DNA from: Tortispora ganteri
Lineage: Eukaryota
NCBI GenBank assembly: GCA_003707115.1
Contig: PPNB01000018.1
Span: 124,001 to 169,673, forward strand
Direction: 5' to 3'
Length of the DNA stretch: 45,673 bases
Shown here one piece after another: positions 1 to 10,701 of the stretch. Within the stretch, counting starts at the first letter, position 1. Every line of letters starts with the position of its first letter. A model generated the notes under the pieces. The model did no database searches, was not told where the DNA came from, and saw nothing but the letters and a program-made list of their open reading frames with translations. A program made the translations under genes and the position numbers.

Positions 1-1131
1 GACACCACGAAGAAGAAAATACACAGCCAGCCGGGCTCCGTGATGCGGATGCCACCACTTGAGTTTAGCCTGCTCAAGCCTTTCAAGGGACAGGTAGTCG
101 TTGACACGATTCGTGATCCTTCCTACCCCGGTGGCGGGCTCGTCAGCATGCATGACTTCCTGCGAAGGCTGCTTGTCGCCTAATGACTCGTCACTGGCAC
201 TCACATTCTCAGGATCTTCAGGGGTCTTGGACATAGCATTGCTCATCTTGAGAGTCTGGTAGTAATCGGTGATACCCAAACTGCCATTCGGGTTGGGACC
301 AGGGTCAGGACGTCTGAGAAGAAAGGGGCCAAAGAACACATGGTATCCCTTGAGTGTCCAGTCTCCCTTGACAAGTAGCTGATAGAAGTAGGGCACAAAG
401 AAAAAGACTGAGATTAAGAAAATTCCTCCACCAACGCCAAAGATACAACCAACAGTCTGAGCAGCTGTCCAGTCGTCGAGATTGAGTGCAGGAGCACCCT
501 TCCAGACAATAACCATCGTCAACACGCAGCCCACAATGAGAAAGTAAACTGGTACCAGTGCAAGGCCCCAATAGATAGCCTTCTCGCCGCGGCGCATGAC
601 AAGGTATTTTGTTATGAGGAAAGAAACGGCCGCAAACCCACCGGCGACACCAGGAGCAATACCCCAGGTAGCAAAGACTGAGGCTACACCGCCCCAACCC
701 CAATGGACGTAGTCGGCACCAACGGAAGCGATACCAGCACCAATAACTCCACCGACGATAGAGTGTGTAGTGGACACAGGCATGCCCATGAAAGTAGCAA
801 ACGTGAGCCAAAGGGAGGAACCGACAAGAGCAGTGCTCATAGTGATCATGAGCATGTAGGGGTTTGATTCAAACTGATCGATGTCTATGATATTGTTCCT
901 AATTGTGCTGGTAACACGAGCACCGGCAAGAACAGCGCCGAGAAACTCACATACCGTAGCTATCAGCATGGCCTGGTATAGTTTGAGCGAGCGGGAAGAG
1001 ACCGATGTCGCAAAAGAGTTGGCAACATCGTTCGCGCCAATACCCCAAGCGTCTAAGAACGCAAAGATCATGGTGATCGCGAAAATGTAAGTGTACTGAT
1101 GCACGGGGAACGATTCAGCAGCAGCGTCCAT
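1..1131 (-). CDS. PHO89: Na+/phosphate symporter (PiT/PHO4 family), 3'-truncated by the window edge
   Basis: Missing from the ORF track because it runs off the window. Manual minus-strand reading from the ATG at 1131: MDAAAESFPVHQYTYIFAITMIFAFLDAWGIGANDVANSFATSVSSRSL..., carrying the GANDVAN PiT signature. Confidence 0.93.
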   Translation of the reverse strand, partial: MDAAAESFPVHQYTYIFAITMIFAFLDAWGIGANDVANSFATSVSSRSLKLYQAMLIATVCEFLGAVLAGARVTSTIRNNIIDIDQFESNPYMLMITMSTALVGSSLWLTFATFMGMPVSTTHSIVGGVIGAGIASVGADYVHWGWGGVASVFATWGIAPGVAGGFAAVSFLITKYLVMRRGEKAIYWGLALVPVYFLIVGCVLTMVIVWKGAPALNLDDWTAAQTVGCIFGVGGGIFLISVFFFVPYFYQLLVKGDWTLKGYHVFFGPFLLRRPDPGPNPNGSLGITDYYQTLKMSNAMSKTPEDPENVSASDESLGDKQPSQEVMHADEPATGVGRITNRVNDYLSLERLEQAKLKWWHPHHGARLAVYFLLRGV

Positions 1132-1567
1132 GGTTGATCAAATACAGCAGTGTTGTTTCAGAAGCGCACAAGCGTTGACAGAAATTCACACGTAGAAGCA
1201 GAGAAAACAGACGACTGTAATGTCACAGGTATCGGACGATTAATCTAGCGGCGGGAATGAGCGTTTTTCGACTGGATGTATGCTGCTTATATAGCCACAA
1301 ACTAGTCTTAGGAGAACCTGCACTCGATAACGGCCCACGGGATACATGAGTCTTTATTGGTTCTGCGTATGCACAAACTTTTTTTTCTTGTTCTTGGCGG
1401 TATGGTTGATCTAAAAAGTATGATTGGCCGCTTTCTTTGAAAAGACATCGGCCAGGGTCTTGGCACAATTTGGCCCTGCTTTCAGTTGCTTCTTTGCGTG
1501 CATTTATATGGTAGTGACTTCTTAGCACAGTGATAGTAGAATGGTAGATGGTATTGTGATGCCCATA

Positions 1568-1622
1568 CTGTGACACTGTGTGCCATATTGTGTGCGAAAG
1601 AATGTGGCACACAGTGTCACAG
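1568..1622. repeat. 22-bp inverted repeat with 11-nt spacer
   Basis: CTGTGACACTGTGTGCCATATT (1568-1589) and AATGTGGCACACAGTGTCACAG (1601-1622) pair fully except one T:G. Confidence 0.9.
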
Positions 1623-2179
1623 CTCATCGATGCCGATGGGTCAGCGATGGCGGTGGTGCGGCATCAAAACAAAACTTAAAAAGATCATTGGCCAATAAGA
1701 ATTCTAGTATGAGATATCGTTGAACCCTGTCACTGTTCACACTAGGAAGTTCTTGGCGTAACAGAATCAGCCAATCAGAGGCCATAATCTCAGCACGTTT
1801 CTATTTTCGAAGTCGAAAATCAGGTCTAGAGGATCGCAGAGTATTTCTGAATATGGCAGACTGTCGCAGCACCACTAGTTATAGAATCGCTATGCGAATA
1901 AGCGTTCGATATTATAATATATCAGGAACATAGCATCTTGTTCATGAGCATTAAGGTTTTCTAATGCGATTATGTGCGAGCGATGTCGAATCACGGAAAT
2001 CAGCGCAACTGTCATTCTGAACGGTCTGCAGTGTGTTTTAAACTATTAAGACCATAACCCTGTTTTGCAAATCGCACGATTCTGTTTCCGAGTGTCTGGT
2101 TGGTCTGGCGGACCTGCAGCGCAAAGGATGCGCATTCGACTACCCGATGGCAGTAACTCGTTGTCTCAAAGGTGAGGAC

Positions 2180-2185
2180 CACGTG
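2180..2185. promoter_or_regulatory. Pho4-type E-box (CCACGTGC) in the PHO89/HIS5 divergent region; a CACGTT also at 1794-1799
   Basis: Matches the Pho4 GCACGTGG consensus on the minus strand, upstream of a phosphate transporter. Confidence 0.5.
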
Positions 2186-2237
2186 CCTCATCTGCCGATG
2201 GTTCATAGTTTCATTCTAGCTATAATCCTGCTATTTT

Positions 2238-2375
2238 TGACTCGTGCGATCTTTAGGCATATCCGCTTCGCCGTTGGCTAAATACTTAGCGGCGAGTACT
2301 CCGACAGGTGCTGATTTTGAGGCTAGCCCCACACACACTGTGACCTATGTAGGGTTTACCCAACTAATCTGACTC
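2238..2375 (+). promoter_or_regulatory. Two TGACTC (Gcn4/Bas1-type) sites upstream of HIS5
   Basis: TGACTC at 2238-2243 and 2370-2375; typical of HIS promoters. Confidence 0.45.
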
Positions 2376-2398
2376 ACCTTCACCTACCACTGTTACCA

Positions 2399-3577
2399 AT
2401 GGGTTTTGATTTACAGCAGCTTGCTAGGCCAAACATCCTCAAACTCAAGCCGTACCGCTGTGCGCGCGATGACTACTCTGAAGGCATCCTCCTGGACGCC
2501 AATGAAAACGCATACGGCTCCTCTGCTGAGTTCACCTACGACGGCAAGAATCTCAGCCTCCATCGATACCCAGACCCGCGTCAAGAAGACGTGAAAGGCA
2601 AGATGTGTGCCTTACGGAATGTCCAGAACACAGACAGTACGCTGACACCACTTGATCCCGCGAACATGTTCGTCGGTGTCGGCTCTGATGAGGTCATTGA
2701 TGCCCTGATCAGGTGCTTCTGCGTGCCCGGCAGAGACAAGATCCTTGTTTGTCCACCCACATACGGCATGTACGCGGTCTGCGCCGACATCAACGACGTT
2801 GGCGTCGTAAAAGTCCCGCTAGACGCCTCGACACAGGGCTTTCCGCTCAGAACGGATGCTGTCGTCAACGCTCTCAAGCAGGATCCCGCAATCAAGGTCT
2901 TATTCCTGTGTTCTCCCGGCAACCCCACCGCCGGACTAATCGACCCTGCCGCTGTGCAGCAGATCCTGTCACTGGACTGGAACGGCATCGTCATGCTCGA
3001 CGAGGCATATATAGACTTCTCTGCGCCTGGATCTTCGCTCGCTCCCTGGGTCACAAAGTATCCGAACCTCGTCGTCAGTCAGACGCTCTCAAAGGCATTT
3101 GGTATGGCCGGTATTAGAATCGGCATGGCTTTCGGCAACCCTGAAATAATCGCTCTTATGAATAATATGAAAGCCCCCTATAACGTTTCGTCGCTCGCTT
3201 CAGAGGCGGCTAACAGGGCTCTGGATATCTCGGGAATCAAGCTTATGCTAGAGAACGTCACCAAGTTGAATGAGCAGCGCGATAAGGTATACGAGACACT
3301 GCAGACAATCCCAGGAGTAGGCAACGTTATTGGTGGGTTTGATGCTAACTTCCTTCTTTTCCAGGTCCTAGACAAGAACGGAAACCCATCTTCGGAGACC
3401 GCGCTGAAGGTCTATGAAAAAATGGCTCAAATCAAAGGTGTCGTTATACGTTATAGAGGTAACGAGTATGGATGCGAGGGCGGTTTGCGAGCGACAATTG
3501 GAACAGCGGAAGAAAACCAGCTGCTTTTGACTCATCTCAGAGAAACTATACGGGAAGTTCATGACGAAACTTCGTGA
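2399..3577 (+). CDS. HIS5: Histidinol-phosphate aminotransferase
   Basis: PYRCARDD, LDANEN, GVGSDE, CSPGNPT, DEAYIDF and the PLP-lysine motif TLSKAFGMAGIRIG. Confidence 0.97.
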   Translation: MGFDLQQLARPNILKLKPYRCARDDYSEGILLDANENAYGSSAEFTYDGKNLSLHRYPDPRQEDVKGKMCALRNVQNTDSTLTPLDPANMFVGVGSDEVIDALIRCFCVPGRDKILVCPPTYGMYAVCADINDVGVVKVPLDASTQGFPLRTDAVVNALKQDPAIKVLFLCSPGNPTAGLIDPAAVQQILSLDWNGIVMLDEAYIDFSAPGSSLAPWVTKYPNLVVSQTLSKAFGMAGIRIGMAFGNPEIIALMNNMKAPYNVSSLASEAANRALDISGIKLMLENVTKLNEQRDKVYETLQTIPGVGNVIGGFDANFLLFQVLDKNGNPSSETALKVYEKMAQIKGVVIRYRGNEYGCEGGLRATIGTAEENQLLLTHLRETIREVHDETS

Positions 3578-3616
3578 AAATTATAAATAAATGCAATTTA
3601 GATGGATCTTTACGTT

Positions 3617-5491
3617 TCAAAGATCCATAAGGACTCGTCCTTGATGTAAAAATTTGGTGTGCCGAGCAGACGCATCGGTCCATTGTTTTCTTACTGCGGC
3701 ATCTTGTATCATGCTGCCAACATATCTTGTAAAAGAACTTGTTTCTGTCATAATATTTGGCATATTCCTTTCATTTGCCTCTGCTCTTTCAACAAAATAT
3801 GAAGCTACAAGCTTCTCATAAGCCGACCATTCTTGTAGGTAATTTCCAAACATCTCCGCGAGTTCTTTAAACTCGTTCGGCGATAATTCCTTAGATGATG
3901 CGAGTTTCGGAATACACGGAGGTTTCAAAGTAAGCACAACAGGCGAATCATGTAGATCATATTTAGGTACTCTGAGAGGAATCTCTTCAAATGGCTCAGT
4001 AACTCGCTGTTTTGAGGAGCCCAAATCTGGAGCTTCATCAATAGACACATCTTCACTGTCTTCAGTTGGCGGAGCATAAGTAGAATTGCTGTAGGCAGTG
4101 CCATCAGATGCCGTAAGCGCTTCCATTATGGTTTTGAGGTCGTAAGGATCATACTCATCGAGAGAGATCCCACCAAATTTAGAACCAAGATGATTCTCCA
4201 AAAACTCTTTAACCGACTCTGTTTCAGTGTTAGCGTGCGAAAACCGAGAATTGAATCCATGAGAATGAAACCTTTCTTTCATTCTGACATTTCTGATAAA
4301 CGGACTGCGAAACATCGGCCACCTGATATTATTTCTCTTCGGCCAATCTCTAGTATCAATGGAATTGTCAGGTTTAGGAAGATTCTTAGCAGTAAAACTA
4401 AAGGGGTAATTCCTGAATTCATCCGTTTGAGAACTCGGTATATGATCAGCGTCTGGCTCATTATGTGCCCTAAATGTAAACTTGAATTCTTCAGTCGGAG
4501 ATGTGGGTTCAGAAGTTGTCGGTATTTCTGGGGGTGTGAATGTAAAGCTGAACTTATCTGATTGTGGTTTTAAGAAATCAGAACTGGATGTTGACGGCAT
4601 ATCAGGAGGAGTGAAGGTGAAATTGAAGTTGTCTGAGACATTGTCAGCAAAAGATTGTGTTTGTGCGGCAAATGCCGGAAATGTCTGGGTTTCAGCATGT
4701 TCAAAGTTCTGGTTGTCATTAGATGGTTTCATTCGAGTTGAAGCCTGATTTCTTTGAGGACGCAAATAGGTTCTAGCAGCTGGTTCGTCGTGAGCACCCG
4801 CAGCAGAGCTGGCCGCCTCTGTAGGCTCTGTGGGCTCTGTAGGTTCTGTAGGTTTTGAGTGTACGTCATTCGCCGGCGTGAAACTGAATGTACTTGAGTC
4901 AACAGGTTTGGCCCGAGAAGAATTAGTGTCGGTATCTTTGGCAGACGGTGCGCTCGTGTACTCGAACCTGGTACCGTGCAGACTGGAATAAGAGTGGGCA
5001 TTGTATGAGTATGGTTTGCTTCGCCGAGTTGAGTTAGTATCTGCAGTTTGTTTAGACGTCGGAACCTTGCTCTTTGGAGCAGACTGTTGCGGTTTCGGCT
5101 GCTGCTTGTACTGTGGCCGCGCTGGCGGCGATCGTGGAGTGTATCGCGGATCAGGACGGCTTTTCGATGAGCTGCGTGGCGAGTGTTGCTGCGTATACTG
5201 CTGCCATGCAGTCTGTTGTTTTGTTTTAGTCGACTGATTATAGTTCTGCGTGTTAGCACGCGATTTAGAATACTTATGGCTAACTTTGAGGTCGTACTTG
5301 TGGCGAAGAGTGGGATCGCTCAAAGTCTCGTAAGCGTTCGAAATGAGCTTGAACCGCTCACCATTGTCGTTGCAATTCGAAGAGCGGTCAGGATGATATA
5401 AAAGCGCCAATTTATAATAAGCCTTTTTGATTTCTTTCATAGACGCTCCATACTCGACCTCTAGAGCCTCGTAGTAGTCCAACGCGGACAT
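3617..5491 (-). CDS. Class III J-domain protein with long low-complexity middle and helical C-terminal domain (possibly JJJ2/Mug184-like)
   Basis: N-terminal DYYEAL...IKKAYYKLALLYHPDR...FKLISNAYETLSDP..R..YD J-domain with an intact HPD. Confidence 0.85.
   Translation of the reverse strand: MSALDYYEALEVEYGASMKEIKKAYYKLALLYHPDRSSNCNDNGERFKLISNAYETLSDPTLRHKYDLKVSHKYSKSRANTQNYNQSTKTKQQTAWQQYTQQHSPRSSSKSRPDPRYTPRSPPARPQYKQQPKPQQSAPKSKVPTSKQTADTNSTRRSKPYSYNAHSYSSLHGTRFEYTSAPSAKDTDTNSSRAKPVDSSTFSFTPANDVHSKPTEPTEPTEPTEAASSAAGAHDEPAARTYLRPQRNQASTRMKPSNDNQNFEHAETQTFPAFAAQTQSFADNVSDNFNFTFTPPDMPSTSSSDFLKPQSDKFSFTFTPPEIPTTSEPTSPTEEFKFTFRAHNEPDADHIPSSQTDEFRNYPFSFTAKNLPKPDNSIDTRDWPKRNNIRWPMFRSPFIRNVRMKERFHSHGFNSRFSHANTETESVKEFLENHLGSKFGGISLDEYDPYDLKTIMEALTASDGTAYSNSTYAPPTEDSEDVSIDEAPDLGSSKQRVTEPFEEIPLRVPKYDLHDSPVVLTLKPPCIPKLASSKELSPNEFKELAEMFGNYLQEWSAYEKLVASYFVERAEANERNMPNIMTETSSFTRYVGSMIQDAAVRKQWTDASARHTKFLHQGRVLMDL
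4817..4852 (-). repeat. 9-bp coding tandem repeat x4 (PTE)
   Basis: ctctgtagg/ctctgtggg/ctctgtagg/ttctgtagg. Confidence 0.85.
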
Positions 5492-5794
5492 AGACGTAGG
5501 TAAACAGAGAGTTGTGTAACCCTAATCCATATATATATAAAGAAAAAAACCCAATCGAATGAAAAATCCTTCTTCACCTACCCAGCCTGTCACTGAAGAA
5601 AGAGTAAGTACTACTAAAAACCAATTATTAAACGACACAGTAAATGATGAGTCTGAGTGCATTTGGCTCGAGATGTTTATATCGATGTGGAAAAACCCAA
5701 GCTACCTTAACTTTTATTGTCTGAAACCTGTTTCGTCTTCGTATTTGCGATCACAAGTAAACTAACTATATAGACCAACACGTTCTTCTGAGAC

Positions 5795-8653
5795 ATGGGT
5801 GTCCCTGCATTTTATCGATGGATGTCACGGAAGTATGCCAAATGCATTGCTTCCGTTGTTGAGGAGCCCGAAACGGTCGTTGATGGCCTACCGGTGCCGG
5901 CGTCCATGACACGTCCGAACCCTAACGGTGAGACTGACAACCTTTATCTCGATATGAACGGTATCGTGCACCCGTGCACACACCCAGAAAACCGACCACC
6001 GCCGCAAACTGAGGCCGAAATGTTTCTCGAGGTGTTCAAGTACACAGACCGCGTCGTCAGTATAGTCAGACCGCGCAAGGTACTCATGCTTGCTATTGAC
6101 GGCGTTGCGCCAAGAGCTAAAATGAATCAGCAACGGTCTCGCCGCTTCCGCTCCGCCCAGGACGCCACTATCAAAGAACGCGCAAAAGCCAAGTACATAG
6201 AAGATTCTCTCGCTAAAGGGCTCCCTGTAGATCTCGAAACGCCAACAAAAGCCTGGGATAGCAATACTATCACCCCAGGTACGCCTTTCATGGATGCGCT
6301 CTCTTCCGCTCTTAAATACTGGATTGCCTATAAGATCAACCACGATCCCGGCTGGAAAAATATAAAGGTTATTCTGTCAGATGCCTCCGTTCCTGGTGAA
6401 GGAGAGCACAAAATTATGGAGTTCATTCGCGGTCAGCGCGCTAGCCCTATCCACGACCCCAACACCAGACATGTCATATACGGCCTAGACGCCGACCTGA
6501 TCATGTTGGCGCTAGCCACTCATGAACCAAACTTTCGCGTCCTCCGCGAGGACGTCTTTCAACAAAACAAGCTGGTTCGTACGTCTAACGCCCCGTCCCA
6601 GTACTCCAAAAAGCCTGCTACAGATAAAAAACCGTTTATCTGGCTAGACATCTGCGTCTTAAGAGAATACCTCAATCACGAGTTACGACCTGATAATATT
6701 CCCGTTCCATGGGACCTGGAGCGCGCTCTTGACGACTGGGTGTTCATGTGTTTCTTTGTCGGTAACGATTTCTTGCCTCACTTACCTTGTCTTGAAATCC
6801 GCGAGCACGGTATAGATTCGCTTATTAAGATATGGAAGAACAGGCTCGTGCAAATGGGAGGCTGGATGACCGAAGATGGCACAGTCAACCTGAAACGCGT
6901 CCAGCTTCTATTATCTGACCTCGGTGACATGGAACCTGAGATCTTTAAGAAACGGCATTTCGACGAGTCTCGTAGGAACGCTAGATTTGAATCTAACAAT
7001 AACTTCCAGTCCCCGCGCAGTAATCCTTCCACTGCTACTTCTAGTTCGGCACCTACCCCAAATGGCATTGATTCTGCTGATTTGTCTACTGCGTCACCGC
7101 GCAAGGTCAAGCGTATACGCACAGACCAAGCTCCGAAAGTTCCTGACGAGTCTATTGAGCTTTTCACGCCAGGTGGACAAGGCATCGGAAGCAATAAGCA
7201 GCATATCGCTGCTAGAGCTTCGTTTGCTGCTAACAAAGCTGCAGCGGAGCGTCTGAAACTTGAACTAGGCAACAAAGAGTCCGAAGATGCTGTCAATGCT
7301 AAAGATGAAGGTCAACGTACTGAGTCTGCTGAAACCGCTGAATCTGTCGAAACTGCTGAAAACGACGTCAATGAAGATGAAGATGGTGCCAGCAGTACAG
7401 AGAATGAGTCCACTGAAGACGAACGTATTGTTGATGATGATATTATTCGTCTATGGGAACCTGGATACTCTGGACGATATTATAAACAAAAATTTGGCGT
7501 CGATGAAGACGATCAAGAATTCTGCAAGAAAATTACAGCTAGCTATATTGAAGGGGTATGCTGGGTCTTACTGTATTACTACCAAGGATGCCCTTCATGG
7601 ACTTGGTTCTACCCTTACCACTTTGCACCATTTGCAGCTGATTTCAAGTATGTAGCCGATGTCGATGTCAAGTTTGACCAAGGAAAACCATTCCGACCCT
7701 TTGAGCAGCTTATGGGTGTGCTTCCGGCGGCAAGTTCGCATGCTCTCCCCGAAGTATTCAGGCCTCTGATGTCCGAGAGGACATCTGAGATATATGATTT
7801 TTACCCTGAAAATTTCAAGATTGATATGAATGGAAAGAAGATGGAATGGCAGGGTGTTGCCTTGCTGCCTTTTATCGATGAGACCCGTTTACTCAAGGCG
7901 ATTAGCGCGAAGTATCCTCTACTGACGAAAGACGAGATGCGTAGGAATTCATTTGGACACGACTTGTTGTTTGTCAATGGAGAAGGGCCGATTGGTCAAT
8001 ACCTAAAGTCATCAGTATTGAGTAATGAAGAGACTAAACAATTGACGCTTGATCCACGCAAAACTGAGAAGTTTGCCGGCATTGTGGAGAACGACGAGAA
8101 TTTTGATCCTAAACTGCCGGTGTTTTACCCGCTGTCTCAAGGAGACATGCCGGATATATCTGAGAACAAGTCGCTGACTGTGCGTTTTGATCTGCTGCCG
8201 AAGACGCAGATAAGCAAGTCTATGCTTCTGAGCGGATACATTTCGCCTCCATATCCGTTGACTGCGCAGGATATCACGAACATCAGGGAAGGGTTTTCCG
8301 CTAGTGACCAGCGCAAGCGGTACTACGAGAACAATCCTCGAAATTTTGACCGAGACGATCGAGGAAAGCGTCCACGCTCTAACCGAGGACGAGGGGGGCA
8401 TTTTAACAATAATAATTACGGAAACCGTAGCCGACAAGGTGCTGGTGGGCCTTTAAATGCATTCAATAATACTGCAATGCTCATGAACAACGGAGGGTTT
8501 GACCAAACGAGGGTGATATCGAACCCTCATTTTGCATCTAATGACGGCAGATTCGATAACCGACAAGATAACAATAACCAACGGAACTATCCATGGCAAG
8601 CACAGCAGCCGAGCAATAAAAGCTGGTATCCGTCGAGCGGGCCGCAACACTAA
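5795..8653 (+). CDS. RAT1: Nuclear 5'-3' exoribonuclease Rat1/Xrn2
   Basis: MGVPAFYRW, DNLYLDMNGIVHPC, DGVAPRAKMNQQRSRRF, PGEGEHKI, VGNDFLP; the ~950 aa length fits Rat1 rather than Xrn1. Confidence 0.96.
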   Translation: MGVPAFYRWMSRKYAKCIASVVEEPETVVDGLPVPASMTRPNPNGETDNLYLDMNGIVHPCTHPENRPPPQTEAEMFLEVFKYTDRVVSIVRPRKVLMLAIDGVAPRAKMNQQRSRRFRSAQDATIKERAKAKYIEDSLAKGLPVDLETPTKAWDSNTITPGTPFMDALSSALKYWIAYKINHDPGWKNIKVILSDASVPGEGEHKIMEFIRGQRASPIHDPNTRHVIYGLDADLIMLALATHEPNFRVLREDVFQQNKLVRTSNAPSQYSKKPATDKKPFIWLDICVLREYLNHELRPDNIPVPWDLERALDDWVFMCFFVGNDFLPHLPCLEIREHGIDSLIKIWKNRLVQMGGWMTEDGTVNLKRVQLLLSDLGDMEPEIFKKRHFDESRRNARFESNNNFQSPRSNPSTATSSSAPTPNGIDSADLSTASPRKVKRIRTDQAPKVPDESIELFTPGGQGIGSNKQHIAARASFAANKAAAERLKLELGNKESEDAVNAKDEGQRTESAETAESVETAENDVNEDEDGASSTENESTEDERIVDDDIIRLWEPGYSGRYYKQKFGVDEDDQEFCKKITASYIEGVCWVLLYYYQGCPSWTWFYPYHFAPFAADFKYVADVDVKFDQGKPFRPFEQLMGVLPAASSHALPEVFRPLMSERTSEIYDFYPENFKIDMNGKKMEWQGVALLPFIDETRLLKAISAKYPLLTKDEMRRNSFGHDLLFVNGEGPIGQYLKSSVLSNEETKQLTLDPRKTEKFAGIVENDENFDPKLPVFYPLSQGDMPDISENKSLTVRFDLLPKTQISKSMLLSGYISPPYPLTAQDITNIREGFSASDQRKRYYENNPRNFDRDDRGKRPRSNRGRGGHFNNNNYGNRSRQGAGGPLNAFNNTAMLMNNGGFDQTRVISNPHFASNDGRFDNRQDNNNQRNYPWQAQQPSNKSWYPSSGPQH

Positions 8654-8850
8654 TGAGATTAATGAGTTTTAATATGTATATTATTATGGGAATTTTTATG
8701 TGACCATGAAAGGAAGAGGAACTTGATTATTCTGTATAAGTGTAGATATATCTTTTTGGATATATTATGAGATGTCTAAACTAACAATGAAATAAAATAA
8801 AAACAACAAAGACGGAAGCGTTTACTATGCGCCCTAACAGAATGATTGAT

Positions 8851-10701
8851 TTAGACAACGACAGGCTTGCGAAGGCTCTGGAAATATTCCGACCATGTCA
8901 TTCCGACAGGATGAGGAGCGAATACCTCTTTCCACGAGACGCTGAACTTAAACAAGTCTCTGAAGGCCACTTCACGGTTCTCGAAATCGCCTTTGGCCAA
9001 GCTCTGAGAGGAGGGAAGCTCGTAGTCGCGCAAGAAAAGCGCCCAAGTGAGTAAGGGAACGCAAAGACAAAGACCGGTGATGCAGAGACATTTTTGAGTG
9101 TAGCGATAGGCAGCAACAACAGCCATACGTTCAGGAGTGCCCCAGGGGTAATCGACAATGAAATCGAAGGGGGATCCGTAGGCGAGAAGTTCGAGCTCAG
9201 GGTTATTCAGGTACTTGCTGAGTTCTTTAGGAAGCAAGTTGGTCCAGATAGCACCGGAGATAGAGCCACCGAAAGCGCTACCAATGTTGTAGGAGGCCAA
9301 GTACAATGAGGTGATAACAGCCATATGTTCATGGTCTACGCAGGACTGGATAGCGGCCTGTGTAGGGTATGTGAAGAAACCAGCGCCGAAACCGAGCAAG
9401 CATTGGGCTCCGATGATTCCGGAGCTTGCACCAGAGCTGCCACGGTAATAAACCAGGAGACCCATTGCGACAAACCACATAGAAACACCGAATAGAATGA
9501 AAGGTTTGAGACGACGGACACGTACGACGAGGAAACCAAGGAAAGTACCAGTGATTACGGAGACGAAGCTGTATAGAGAGGTGATGCGGGTAGCAGACTT
9601 GACGCTTTCGTTGACGGAGACAATAAGGACAGTATAAAGGTAGTCTCCTTGCATGTACCAGATGAAGTTGATGAAAATGCCTATAAGAATGGCAGCCCAG
9701 ACACCTCTATTGCGGAGGAGTTCGACAGGAGCAACTGGGTGGGGCGATTTGGCTTCGCACCAGACAAAGACGGGGATGAGGAGACCACCGACGCAAATTG
9801 GTGCAATGACCTCAGGAGTGCGCCATTTTGCATCATAACCTCCAGCCAGAGTAAAAGGGATAAGAATTAAGGCAAGAATAGCCATGAGTAGGAAGACGCC
9901 AATAACGTCTAGCTGCCAGAAGAGGTGGACAAGGAACTTTTTGAGTCCCATTCTCTTAAAGTCAGATATTTCGTCAGTAATTTCCTTCATATCGCCGCGC
10001 TTCTTAGCGAGATAAGCCATATGATAGAAAGAGATAATGAGAGGAATACAGACAACAGGGAAAATAATAGCCCACATACCAATACCCCAAGACCAGTCAC
10101 CATCCATTGCAGCAGTGACGTCACCGCTGATCCAAGTGTTAATGATGAAAGGGAGAGCCGGGATGAACGAGCAGACTAGACGCCAATTAAGGAAAGAGAA
10201 ATCGGCAATAACGATTTGAAGGATCAAGATGATACCAGTGTAGCCGATCTGGTAGAAGATAGCACCAGCGGCAAAACGTTGTACGTCATAAGCCTGAGAT
10301 TCGATGACGGTACCGACTAGATAAAAAAGAGCTGCGACGATGATGAGTTCAGCACGGCCGAATACATCAGAAAGACGAGCGTAAGTAGGTTGAGCAGCTG
10401 CAGCGACTACACCTCTAATTACATTAACGGTGGCGACAAGAGAGTGTTGTGCGTATGAGTTTGTAGCTAGAACCTGATAGACGCTGCGTATCATACCATC
10501 GAGGCCGTATGCATAAGCGATTAAAAAGATCATGAAAAACACAAAGATCTTACCGATAAAACCATACTGAGCAGATATGATTTCGACTTTTCGTACACCG
10601 AGAGACTTCTCTTTGAGCTCAAGAGAGTCAATAGGTTTCACGGAATCGGTGTGTGTGATTTCCTTTGATGCTGATTCGGACTGAGCTAGAGTGTCGTTCA
10701 T
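8851..10701 (-). CDS. SIT1: MFS siderophore-iron transporter (ARN/SIT1 family)
   Basis: GVRKVE, AYAYGLDG, ARLSDVFGR, PFIINTWISG, W.WGIGMWAII, YPWGTPER; many hydrophobic segments. Confidence 0.9.
   Translation of the reverse strand: MNDTLAQSESASKEITHTDSVKPIDSLELKEKSLGVRKVEIISAQYGFIGKIFVFFMIFLIAYAYGLDGMIRSVYQVLATNSYAQHSLVATVNVIRGVVAAAAQPTYARLSDVFGRAELIIVAALFYLVGTVIESQAYDVQRFAAGAIFYQIGYTGIILILQIVIADFSFLNWRLVCSFIPALPFIINTWISGDVTAAMDGDWSWGIGMWAIIFPVVCIPLIISFYHMAYLAKKRGDMKEITDEISDFKRMGLKKFLVHLFWQLDVIGVFLLMAILALILIPFTLAGGYDAKWRTPEVIAPICVGGLLIPVFVWCEAKSPHPVAPVELLRNRGVWAAILIGIFINFIWYMQGDYLYTVLIVSVNESVKSATRITSLYSFVSVITGTFLGFLVVRVRRLKPFILFGVSMWFVAMGLLVYYRGSSGASSGIIGAQCLLGFGAGFFTYPTQAAIQSCVDHEHMAVITSLYLASYNIGSAFGGSISGAIWTNLLPKELSKYLNNPELELLAYGSPFDFIVDYPWGTPERMAVVAAYRYTQKCLCITGLCLCVPLLTWALFLRDYELPSSQSLAKGDFENREVAFRDLFKFSVSWKEVFAPHPVGMTWSEYFQSLRKPVVV

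Noticed and set aside
305..1090. ORF-track ORFs 305-811(-) and 881-1090(+)
   Set aside because: Alternative-frame and antisense shadows of the PHO89 CDS, which the track missed because it runs off the window.
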